DNA of 64,000 nucleotides from Escherichia phage ime: sequence record MN850576.1, one strand, 5' to 3'. This document shows positions 8,637 through 16,862 of the stretch, piece after piece. Numbering within the stretch: the first letter of the stretch is position 1; each line of letters starts with the position of its first letter. A model generated the notes under the pieces. The model was not told the origin of the DNA. It saw nothing but the letters and a program-made list of their open reading frames with translations, and ran no database searches. A program made the translations under genes and the position numbers.

Positions 8637-8711
8637 GTTAATAGTATCCGTTCCATGGCGAACATAAAACATACGAATCCTTATAGTACAGATATTTAAG
8701 TTTTTACTGGT

Positions 8712-9062
8712 CTAACCAGTTGTTGACATCCGAATAACTTCTTCTGGTGGCAAAACTTTGGAAAATGTGCATCTTTTACCTCTCCCTTGTGTGGATGTCT
8801 CAACCACTCCTGCACATTCTAAAGTTTTAACGCACGCTGCTGCTTTTGTTTTCTTTATCCCAACATCTGCTGCAATTTTCCTTGTGCTTGGTGTGAAGCG
8901 TGAATTTCCTCCAAGCTTATACCAGTTATGCAGGTAGCAGTATACGATCTTGTCATACAAGTCAAGAACAACAACCTCCCCAGTTGTGTCATTCAAAACT
9001 TTTGACATAGATAGTATTTCAAGGGGGACTTTAAGATATAGCAGCTTATCCCCATCTTTCAT
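8712..9062 (-). CDS. putative helix-turn-helix DNA-binding protein
   Basis: 116 aa; C-terminal segment STRKIAADVGIKKTKAAACVKTLECAGVV resembles a winged-HTH recognition region; adjacent to palindrome array. Confidence 0.45.
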   Translation of the reverse strand: MKDGDKLLYLKVPLEILSMSKVLNDTTGEVVVLDLYDKIVYCYLHNWYKLGGNSRFTPSTRKIAADVGIKKTKAAACVKTLECAGVVETSTQGRGKRCTFSKVLPPEEVIRMSTTG

Positions 9063-9109
9063 ATCTCCTGATTCTCCTTGTGTGGCAATTTTCTTTAAAA
9101 TAGCAGGGA

Positions 9110-9664
9110 TTACTCCCTGCTGTCAATATCAAAACTCATTGCAATACGGTATGCCTCTTCTAATGGTAAGAGTCTCCCCCACACATCCCAACCGACATCA
9201 AGCTGCCTGCCAAACAACTGTTGTGTGGTTCCGTGAGCATGACCGAACAGTTGGACTGATCCGTGAGGCTTTCTGTTCCACTTTGCAAACTGGTAATGGC
9301 TCATACAGATCAAATTCTTGTTGTGGCGAAGCTCGTAATAATCTACAACCTCATGACCGAACTCTTTCATAATTCTGACAGTCGTCCTTGTGTCATGGTT
9401 GCCACGAACAAGAATAATATGTCCGTTCAACATATTTAGAATATCTGGAAGCAAGTTGTTGATATTCTTATCATTAGTGCACGCAATATCTCCCAAGTGG
9501 AACACAGTGTCTGCAGGTGACACAACAGAGTTCCACTCGGCGATGATTCCCGCATTCATACTGTCAAGATTGTGATCATACTGAGATCTGTGTTTTTGAC
9601 ATGAATCAAACTCCATGACCCGCTGGTGGAGAAAGTGTGTGTCGCTTGTTACAAAGTATTTCAT
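9110..9664 (-). CDS. calcineurin-like metallophosphoesterase
   Basis: Starts MKYFVTSDTHF; motifs GDIACTNDKN and GNHD typical of metallophosphoesterases; ORF track start trimmed to Met at 9662-9664 with GAGGA SD; directly follows kinase stop. Confidence 0.7.
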   Translation of the reverse strand: MKYFVTSDTHFLHQRVMEFDSCQKHRSQYDHNLDSMNAGIIAEWNSVVSPADTVFHLGDIACTNDKNINNLLPDILNMLNGHIILVRGNHDTRTTVRIMKEFGHEVVDYYELRHNKNLICMSHYQFAKWNRKPHGSVQLFGHAHGTTQQLFGRQLDVGWDVWGRLLPLEEAYRIAMSFDIDSRE

Positions 9665-9671
9665 ACATTCC

Positions 9672-10139
9672 TCATTTAAGTTTAATGCAGTTTTTAAGCT
9701 GGCGTTCCATACGATCCACAACCTTGTCTGGAACATCATGAATGCTTTTATTACCGTGGCGGTTTTCAACCACGATCACGGTATAACTATACCCATGACT
9801 GATTGCCATGTCAACATATTCCTGCACATGTTTTTCTTTTGTAAACGTATTACTTACCACGATACGGTCGTATCCCATACGCATCATATCTTCTACGTTA
9901 TCTTTGCACCATTTTGCTGCGAGTGTTACTTTACTTGCATCCCAGTTGTAATTGCCGTCATCGTCATACCAGAACATGTCGTTCTCAAAATGTGGATACA
10001 GACCCTCTAAAGATAGCGCATTTGCCAGTGTTGATTTGCCAGACCCTGGTAGACCACGCACGATATATAGCATTTTAGACATAGTGACCCTCCGTTTTAA
10101 TTTCAACGGTAGTATACCTAACTGTTTTGTTAATTTCAA
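9672..10139 (-). CDS. P-loop kinase, polynucleotide-kinase-like
   Basis: 155 aa; Walker A GLPGSGKSTLA near N-terminus as in T4 Pnk kinase domain; followed by phosphoesterase gene. Confidence 0.55.
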   Translation of the reverse strand: MKLTKQLGILPLKLKRRVTMSKMLYIVRGLPGSGKSTLANALSLEGLYPHFENDMFWYDDDGNYNWDASKVTLAAKWCKDNVEDMMRMGYDRIVVSNTFTKEKHVQEYVDMAISHGYSYTVIVVENRHGNKSIHDVPDKVVDRMERQLKNCIKLK

Positions 10140-10203
10140 GTGTTGACACTAGGTTATTTGTGTGGCAGGATAGACTGACAAAATGACAAATGAGGAACGT
10201 ATA

Positions 10204-11118
10204 ATGAAGTATTTTAATGCAGACGACCTGGTTGACAAAGGTCTTGTAACCAGTAGGTATTACCCAGATCTCGGGTTAAAGATCTATAAATATGCTAGAA
10301 AAGTATTTTACAACAATTTATGGCATTTGTCCCCTCGTTTACTGGAGTGCCGAGGCATTGTTGTAGGTAATGAAGGAAATGTTGTGGCATGGCCCTTCAC
10401 AAAAGTGTTTAACTTGGGAGAAAACTCCACCAACCTGCCTGACAATAAGCTTGTGACTGCGGTAGAGAAAAAGAACGGATTCCTTGGTGTGGTATCATCT
10501 CATAAAGGTGACCTATTGTTCTCAACAACCGGGTCTCTTGATTCTCCATATTGTAACCTTGCAAAGGAAACCATCCAAGAGCAATGTGGTAATTTAGATC
10601 TTATCAAGAAGGTTATGGGCAATGAAAACATGACATTCATGTTTGAAATTTGTCACCCTTCAGATCCGCATATTGTTCAAGAAGACCATGGCGCATATTT
10701 GATAGGTTGCAGATATAATGATTCTGGAATAATGCTACCAGAAGCAGCTTTAGATGGGATTGCCAAATACCTTGGTGCAAAACGTCCTCACACTGTGCGT
10801 GAAATCCCGTTCAGCTATGCAAAAGAATTAGCCGCAGAAACAAGGGGCGAAGGGTATATGATCCGTAAGCCTTACTACCCTTATGACCTGCAGCTGAAGA
10901 TCAAGTCTCCATACTACCTGGCACGGAAGGCCGTAATGAGGGGTAAAGCTTGGAAGATTTGGGATGATGATATCTTTAAACGTGTTGACGAAGAGTTTTA
11001 CGGCATGGTAAACTTCATTCGTAACAATTACACAGAAGATGTGTGGAACTGCCTCCTGGAGCAGGAACGCCGTGAGATACTTGATTACTATTTCCACAAC
11101 GAGAACTATATGCAATGA
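10204..11118 (+). CDS. putative RNA ligase-like nucleotidyltransferase
   Basis: Covalent nucleotidyltransferase motifs: motif I KKNGF (KxNG), motif IV-like EGYMIRK, motif V-like LKIK; start set at Met 10204 with GAGGA SD (ORF track start 10183). Confidence 0.5.
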   Translation: MKYFNADDLVDKGLVTSRYYPDLGLKIYKYARKVFYNNLWHLSPRLLECRGIVVGNEGNVVAWPFTKVFNLGENSTNLPDNKLVTAVEKKNGFLGVVSSHKGDLLFSTTGSLDSPYCNLAKETIQEQCGNLDLIKKVMGNENMTFMFEICHPSDPHIVQEDHGAYLIGCRYNDSGIMLPEAALDGIAKYLGAKRPHTVREIPFSYAKELAAETRGEGYMIRKPYYPYDLQLKIKSPYYLARKAVMRGKAWKIWDDDIFKRVDEEFYGMVNFIRNNYTEDVWNCLLEQERREILDYYFHNENYMQ

Positions 11119-11465
11119 AGAAGTTGATTGTGTGGCTGGATGACTTGAGAGATCCGTCAAATTATGGGCTCCCCGACGCTATTTGGCTAAAGAATTCCTC
11201 CGAGTTTATAGATTTTATTAACGATAGGGGAAAGCTCTACAGACGCGTTTCTGAGTGGCACATGGACAACGACCTTGGAGAGTTGTTCGAAGGGTACGAT
11301 TGCCTATCTATGTTGGAGGAAAAATTTGTATTTGGTAAGCCCCCTGTAGTTGACAACGTGAAGATTTTCGTGCATACTTCTAACCCATCAGCGGCTCGTA
11401 AATTCATGCTTGCAGCTGACTCGTTTAAAAAGTTTGGAATAGAGATTAAACAAAACATCTACTGA
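11115..11465 (+). CDS. hypothetical protein (inside RNA-repair/Sir2 cluster)
   Basis: 116-aa ORF with ATGA overlap to upstream gene; no domain recognised. Confidence 0.45.
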   Translation: MKKLIVWLDDLRDPSNYGLPDAIWLKNSSEFIDFINDRGKLYRRVSEWHMDNDLGELFEGYDCLSMLEEKFVFGKPPVVDNVKIFVHTSNPSAARKFMLAADSFKKFGIEIKQNIY

Positions 11466-11473
11466 GGACACTT

Positions 11474-12235
11474 ATGCGACGACTGATTATTATCTCCGGT
11501 GCTGGTTTGAGCGCTGAATCTGGTATTCCCACTTTCCGATCTGGTAGCACTGCAATGTGGGAGAATTTCAGCATCGATGAGGTGTGCAACATCCACACCT
11601 TTGCCAAGAACTACTACAAGGTGCATGACTTTTACAATGCACGTCGTGTAGCTCTAGGCGGTGTTGAGCCTAACCTTGCACATCTTCGGATCGCTGAGTG
11701 GTATTCCCGCTGGTCTGGTCGTGTGATCAACCTTACCACCAATGTAGATGATTTGCTGGAGCGTGCTGGTGTAAAACATGAAGATATTTTACATGTTCAC
11801 GGGTATTTGCCAGAAATAGTCTATGAGGACGATGAAGGAAGTGACGTCATTAAGGACATTGGATACTCTGAGGTAGATGCAGGAAAGTATACCTGGGTTA
11901 AACCTAATGTGGTGTTCTTCGGAGAAGTAGCTCCGAAGTATACAGACATGTATGACCTGTTGACTTCTCTTACAAGCAATGATATGGTTATCCTTGTAGG
12001 GTGTTCCAACACAGTTATCAATTTTAACTGGGAGCTATTCCCTGCCTGCAATAAGGGCACCAAACTGCTGATCGTTAACAAATACGACTCACAGCATCTA
12101 GAGGAGAATGGCATTTCACGTAGTGATATTTACCAGTACGAGGATCGCGGCATCCCGGTTTGGTTTAACGGGGCGGTTGACGCTTTCTCTGATAAAACAT
12201 TCATTGAGACCGTAGAAAACTTTATGGAACTTTAA
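11474..12235 (+). CDS. Sir2-family (sirtuin-like) NAD-binding protein lacking the zinc-ribbon module
   Basis: N-terminal GAGLSAESGIPTFRSG, TTNVDDLLERAG and HVHG motifs match sirtuin NAD-binding/catalytic signatures; no CxxC pairs anywhere in the protein. Confidence 0.8.
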   Translation: MRRLIIISGAGLSAESGIPTFRSGSTAMWENFSIDEVCNIHTFAKNYYKVHDFYNARRVALGGVEPNLAHLRIAEWYSRWSGRVINLTTNVDDLLERAGVKHEDILHVHGYLPEIVYEDDEGSDVIKDIGYSEVDAGKYTWVKPNVVFFGEVAPKYTDMYDLLTSLTSNDMVILVGCSNTVINFNWELFPACNKGTKLLIVNKYDSQHLEENGISRSDIYQYEDRGIPVWFNGAVDAFSDKTFIETVENFMEL

Positions 12236-12248
12236 AAGGAGACCTTTA

Positions 12249-12962
12249 ATGCTGAATACTAAACTGATCGACAACCTGGAAAAACTGTCTCAGCCTGAAA
12301 ACTACCTTTGGTCTGCCAACTGGGTGGAAAACTGGAACCGTGTGGCAGCTAAAGTGAAAAAATCATACACACCATTCGAATTACAGCTTAGCTTCATTGA
12401 GGAAGAGTTCAATGAGGTTTTGGAAGAGCTGGAGAAAGGTGATGGTGGAGATCACCTGCTAAAAGAGGCCTGCGATCTTCACGTTGTCACAAGTTATGCC
12501 GCTTATCTTGTTAATGATAATCACGAAAAGTGGTCAAACCTGTTTGATAATCCACGAGGTCTTAAGTTCAAGATCGGTGAGTTCTATGATACACTGATCG
12601 CTGCGAAAAACACATCCAAGCAAAGAGCGTCAGCTTACCGCTTAGCGGAGTTGTCAACAGCTTTGCTGTTCCAGCTTCGCGGCGATGTGTGTGGGATGAT
12701 GCGGAAGGTTCTCAAATCTAATGACAGCAAGTTTGCACGGATCAACCATCTACGATATTCTCACGGTGCCAGTGCAGATATGTCTACTGAATTGCTCATA
12801 GAGTTAGAGATTGAAGATCTTGAGCGTCGTTTTGGTGGTCGCTACGAAGGTTTCGTTGCTAAAGAGGAGTTCTACAACGGTAATAAAGTTATTATATTCC
12901 TTGACAGTAAAGGTAAGATTATGAAGCCTTCGAGCTTCAAGGATGTAACAGAGTATATTTAA
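12249..12962 (+). CDS. hypothetical protein, possible MazG-like nucleotide pyrophosphohydrolase domain
   Basis: EEEFNEVLEEL ... KEACD segment resembles MazG EExxE...ExxD metal-binding pattern; weak. Confidence 0.3.
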   Translation: MLNTKLIDNLEKLSQPENYLWSANWVENWNRVAAKVKKSYTPFELQLSFIEEEFNEVLEELEKGDGGDHLLKEACDLHVVTSYAAYLVNDNHEKWSNLFDNPRGLKFKIGEFYDTLIAAKNTSKQRASAYRLAELSTALLFQLRGDVCGMMRKVLKSNDSKFARINHLRYSHGASADMSTELLIELEIEDLERRFGGRYEGFVAKEEFYNGNKVIIFLDSKGKIMKPSSFKDVTEYI

Positions 12963-12968
12963 CAACAT

Positions 12969-12997
12969 AGCCGGGATTACCCGGCTTTACTTATTAT
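12969..12997 (+). terminator. rho-independent terminator
   Basis: Hairpin AGCCGGG-ATTA-CCCGGCT followed by T-rich TTACTTATTAT, immediately after stop at 12960-12962. Confidence 0.5.
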
Positions 12998-13024
12998 GGA
13001 AAGTATGCAGTGAGGTAGTTAGTT

Positions 13025-13333
13025 ATGTACAAGCATTCCAGAGATCTTGAAAAAGATGCTGTGTTTGGCGACCAGATGAAGGAGCTGATCAAACTTATAG
13101 GTAGAATGGAAGATAAGTTTGACACTAAAATCTACATCGATAGCAAGATCTTCAACCACAAAATATGGACAAATGTGTGTGTTGGGCTACATGGTGATAA
13201 AGATATTGTAAATTTGGTTGTAATAAAGTTCATAGTGTGGCAGAATAGGACTATACGTTATTCCGATCCACACTTACTTGTTTATCCTATAAAAGACCTA
13301 CTACAGAAGGAGGACTGCAATGCCGTTATTTAA
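13025..13333 (+). CDS. hypothetical protein
   Basis: 102-aa ORF in rightward block. Confidence 0.4.
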   Translation: MYKHSRDLEKDAVFGDQMKELIKLIGRMEDKFDTKIYIDSKIFNHKIWTNVCVGLHGDKDIVNLVVIKFIVWQNRTIRYSDPHLLVYPIKDLLQKEDCNAVI

Positions 13334-13589
13334 TCTTGCTAAACCTGTAGAAGCACACCAGTTTGATGGAAGCTCTTCATCAGTATCTGATCTGCAACGG
13401 TGGATTGATACAGGTGTGTTTACATCGTCACCTGTTCGGACCAGAGATATTCGTCGCATGTGTGAGCTTGTTGAGCCGTTTGGCAACTTGGTTTTGTACC
13501 AGGGAGATTGGTTAGTTGACTTTATGGGAGACTGGTTGGTAATGAGTAAAGAAGAGATGTTTAAAATTTTTAAGGAAGAGGCCGAGTAA
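13320..13589 (+). CDS. hypothetical protein
   Basis: 89-aa ORF; overlaps neighbours by a few nt (coupled). Confidence 0.4.
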   Translation: MPLFNLAKPVEAHQFDGSSSSVSDLQRWIDTGVFTSSPVRTRDIRRMCELVEPFGNLVLYQGDWLVDFMGDWLVMSKEEMFKIFKEEAE

Positions 13590-14872
13590 TGCATCAAATC
13601 AAAACAACACTGTACGCACTGAACAAAGATGGCAGCTACCAACAGTGGAAAGTATTCACTGATGGCGAAAAGGTTATCGTAGAGTTTGGCAAGCTTGACG
13701 GTAAATTGCAGTACAAAGAGACGGTATGTACACCTAAAAACGTAGGTCGTGCCAACGAGACTACAGCTGAGCAACAGGCCGAGCTTGAGGCTATCAGCAA
13801 GTGGGAAAAACAAGTCCGTCTGGGGTATGTTGAAAACATGGAAGATTGCGAGCAGGGTGTTGATCTTTTACCTATGCTGGTGCATGACTACCTGAAGCGT
13901 GGCAAGGCACTTAAATTACCTTGCTGGATCTTGCGTAAGTTAGATGGCCTTCGTCTGCTTGTTGTTTTCCAAAATGGTGAGCCTAAATTTATTTCCCGTG
14001 GTAATAAGTCCTACCCTATTCAAGGAAAGCTTTTAGAGCAACTTCGTTCTTTCCATTCTACCACTGGGATTAAACAACTTGATGGGGAACTATACATTCA
14101 TGGTCTTCCTTTGCAGAAAATAGTGTCTCTTGCTAAACGGTGGCGCACACAGGAAGAGATTCAGGCCGAGATCGATAAAGACTATGAGGCAGATAAAAAA
14201 CGCCGTCATGCAGCAATTAAGGCAGGCTTATCAACATACAAAAACTTCAACAAGGTAGATATTCCTGTCGATGTTGAGCCTGTTCGTGATGATTTGCGTT
14301 ACGGTGGATACTGTAGCTACGATCTGGAGTATCACATTTTTGATATTCCTAGCGACAAGGTGTGGTGGGATCCAGAAACAGAGTCTGGACGCTGCAAGGA
14401 TCTTATGGATGCAGAGGATACCGTTACCACTCTGATGCTTGATCATATCAAGGTTGTTGACGCAGAGCTTGCGTACACAGTTGATCATTGCGAAGAATCT
14501 GTTGGTATATTCATGTCCGAAGGATATGAAGGTACTATCATGCGTAATTTCTGCGGTAAATATGAGTATGGTCAGCGAACATCTGAAGCATTGAAATGGA
14601 AAAAGTTCAACGACGCAGAGGTGAAAGTTATTGACGTTGAGAAAGATAAGAATGATGAAGGTGTTCTTATCTGTGTTGACAAGGAAGGTGTTGTTGTTAA
14701 AATGAAGATGAAAGGCACGCACGAGGAGCGTAGCTATGACAGGATGCAGGAAATGATCGGCAAGTTTGTCACCTTCAAATACCAAGCAAGGACAGAAGAC
14801 AACAACTACCAATTCCCTGTCGGTATCTGCGTCCGAAATGTTAACCCAGACACTTGGGAGGTGCTTGAATGA
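13589..14872 (+). CDS. ATP-dependent DNA ligase
   Basis: Motif I KLDGLR (KxDGxR), motif III-like LDGELYIHG; 427 aa. Confidence 0.75.
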   Translation: MHQIKTTLYALNKDGSYQQWKVFTDGEKVIVEFGKLDGKLQYKETVCTPKNVGRANETTAEQQAELEAISKWEKQVRLGYVENMEDCEQGVDLLPMLVHDYLKRGKALKLPCWILRKLDGLRLLVVFQNGEPKFISRGNKSYPIQGKLLEQLRSFHSTTGIKQLDGELYIHGLPLQKIVSLAKRWRTQEEIQAEIDKDYEADKKRRHAAIKAGLSTYKNFNKVDIPVDVEPVRDDLRYGGYCSYDLEYHIFDIPSDKVWWDPETESGRCKDLMDAEDTVTTLMLDHIKVVDAELAYTVDHCEESVGIFMSEGYEGTIMRNFCGKYEYGQRTSEALKWKKFNDAEVKVIDVEKDKNDEGVLICVDKEGVVVKMKMKGTHEERSYDRMQEMIGKFVTFKYQARTEDNNYQFPVGICVRNVNPDTWEVLE

Positions 14873-14995
14873 TGTAGGAAGGTTCAGTAGGTAACGGTAG
14901 CCAATTGAATGATGGTTTTCAATCGGCACCTACATAACCACACTGTGTAGTGTTGTTGATCGTGTTAGTTATGAGTAAACTGGAGAGTATGAAAA

Positions 14996-15466
14996 ATGAA
15001 ACTTGATAAAAATGTTCAACGAAAAGCTTTCTTGGACATGATCGCATATTCGGAAGGTACAGATAATGGTAGGCAACCCACTAAGGATCGGGGATACGAT
15101 GTCATAGTTGGTGGCAAGCTGTTTAGCGATTACAGCAAGCATCCAGGTGTGTACGTTAAGCTAAATGCTAAACTTACCTCCTCCGCTGCTGGTCGTTACC
15201 AGGTTTTGGAGAAGTTTGCTAAACACTACATGGAACAGTTAGGATTGCCAGATTTTGGCCCCGCCAGTCAGGACAAGATTGCGTTGCAACTGATCCGTGA
15301 GTGCAAGGCTCTCGCCGACATTGACGAAGGGCGTATCCACGAGGCTATCCATAAATGCCGTTCCCGCTGGGCTTCGTTACCTGGTGCTGGATATGGTCAG
15401 CATGAACAGAAGATCGAGAAGTTGATCGAGGTGTTTAAAAAGGCAGGCGGTGTTGTCCTTGATTGA
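14996..15466 (+). CDS. endolysin, lambda R-like lytic transglycosylase
   Basis: N-terminal KAFLDMIAYSEGTDNGRQPTKDRGYDVIVGG and C-terminal WASLPGAGYGQHEQK closely recall phage lambda R. Confidence 0.85.
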   Translation: MKLDKNVQRKAFLDMIAYSEGTDNGRQPTKDRGYDVIVGGKLFSDYSKHPGVYVKLNAKLTSSAAGRYQVLEKFAKHYMEQLGLPDFGPASQDKIALQLIRECKALADIDEGRIHEAIHKCRSRWASLPGAGYGQHEQKIEKLIEVFKKAGGVVLD

Positions 15467-15529
15467 TCATTGACATAACCACACGGACGTGGTATTGTTA
15501 CCTCATAAAATGTTTAGGAGGGCTTAACC

Positions 15530-15736
15530 ATGAAAGATTTTCTGTTGGCAATTTTGTTCATGGTAGCATGTCTGTCCTGTGGTGTCGTGTTTGCAGGTGA
15601 AACAGCGTATCTTGTCGATGTATATCGGGACAATGGTAAACGTATTTGCCTTTATGAGACAAGTCAAGGTGAGCTCTACGAGCTTGTGAAACAAGGTGAG
15701 GCAGGTTCCTGCCCTCGCACCCATTTCTTTGAATGA
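15530..15736 (+). CDS. small secreted protein or lipoprotein
   Basis: 68 aa; strong SD AGGAGGG; N-terminal hydrophobic signal with Cys residues (MVACLSCG); adjacent to endolysin. Confidence 0.45.
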   Translation: MKDFLLAILFMVACLSCGVVFAGETAYLVDVYRDNGKRICLYETSQGELYELVKQGEAGSCPRTHFFE

Positions 15737-15764
15737 GGGAGAACACGTGGAAGACGGACGTTTA

Positions 15765-16211
15765 ATGAAGTCTGAACGCAGGCTTATTGTGCAACTGATC
15801 CCAGAAACAGCTTGGTATAATAACCTCCGAAACGCTGTGAAGAAGAGTGAGTGGGATAAGATACGTAAGAAGTGCTATAGAGAAGCCAACTACACTTGTG
15901 AGGTGTGCGGCGGTAAAGGCAGCAAACACCCAGTGGAGTGTCATGAACTTTACACTTTCGAAGAGGGAGTGATCCGGCTTGTCGGACTGATAGCACTGTG
16001 CCCGGATTGTCACACATCGGTGCATCCTGGGTTAGCAAATATCCGTGGAAAGTATGCTCAGGCAGTTAATCAGTTGGCTAAGGTGAATAAGATCACCAAG
16101 AGTATGGCAGAGGCGTATTACCGAGACTGCTTTGCAGAGTGGCGTGAGCTTAGTAAAGTTCCAGAATGGAAGACTGACTTTTCGTGGATAGAGGGTTACC
16201 TTGATGGCTAA
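15765..16211 (+). CDS. HNH endonuclease
   Basis: CEVCGGKG ... HELY ... CPDCH: His-Me finger with two Cys pairs; start set at Met 15765 (ORF track 15696 overlaps upstream gene). Confidence 0.7.
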   Translation: MKSERRLIVQLIPETAWYNNLRNAVKKSEWDKIRKKCYREANYTCEVCGGKGSKHPVECHELYTFEEGVIRLVGLIALCPDCHTSVHPGLANIRGKYAQAVNQLAKVNKITKSMAEAYYRDCFAEWRELSKVPEWKTDFSWIEGYLDG

Positions 16212-16494
16212 GAGACCTGTAAAAGAGAAATTCGATAAGACAGCTTTTGTATTCGATACACCTCTGGACGACATCATTAGAGGTATGCAATCATTGTATC
16301 GGAAGGCTGAATCTGAGCAGCTGTCGGAATCAGAACTTTACTGGCTCGGTTGGTGGGAGTTAAACCTGCCTAAAGCTGAAAGTTCTTCTCTGAGAACTGT
16401 TAAAACGTGCGCCCAAGAAAACGCTGCACTTGGAATCTACCACAAAAGGAAAAGATCAACAAAAAGCTCTCCAAGAAAGACTAAAAAGTCTTGA
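16201..16494 (+). CDS. hypothetical protein
   Basis: 97-aa ORF, basic C-terminus. Confidence 0.4.
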   Translation: MMAKRPVKEKFDKTAFVFDTPLDDIIRGMQSLYRKAESEQLSESELYWLGWWELNLPKAESSSLRTVKTCAQENAALGIYHKRKRSTKSSPRKTKKS

Positions 16495-16520
16495 CAAAAG
16501 TGTTATTAATCTGATATTAT
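16491..16520 (+). promoter_or_regulatory. sigma70-like promoter (TTGACA-N18-TATTAT)
   Basis: -35 TTGACA 16491-16496, -10 TATTAT 16515-16520; upstream of gene 16554. Confidence 0.5.
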
Positions 16521-16553
16521 CGGTCAGATATCTATAAACTAGGAGAACTAGAT

Positions 16554-16862
16554 ATGCTTAAAATTTTTATTGTTGAAGATAAAGATATTGTCCAGTTGTA
16601 TGCAAACGAGAATCATAAAGGTATGATTCTGAAGAAGGCAAGCAACCTTCATGAAAACACAATTCAACCTGGCGATGTAATTAAGATCTGTGGTTATATG
16701 ATACCAGACTCCTTGATGAAAATAACCCACCACTGGGGGTCTAATCCGTTCCTTTTTGAAAAGTATTGGGATGTTGAGTCACTTATTGCAGAGAGTGATG
16801 ATGCATTCCATTACAGCATCCAACCATCTTGCAGAATAACTAACAGGAGGGTCTTTGAGTAG
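16554..16862 (+). CDS. hypothetical protein
   Basis: 102-aa ORF following promoter. Confidence 0.45.
   Translation: MLKIFIVEDKDIVQLYANENHKGMILKKASNLHENTIQPGDVIKICGYMIPDSLMKITHHWGSNPFLFEKYWDVESLIAESDDAFHYSIQPSCRITNRRVFE

Noticed and set aside
10143-10176. Plus-strand TTGACA at 10143 as promoter for the RNA ligase-like gene
   Set aside because: No acceptable -10 hexamer at 16-19 bp spacing; the nearest TAGACT is 22 bp away.
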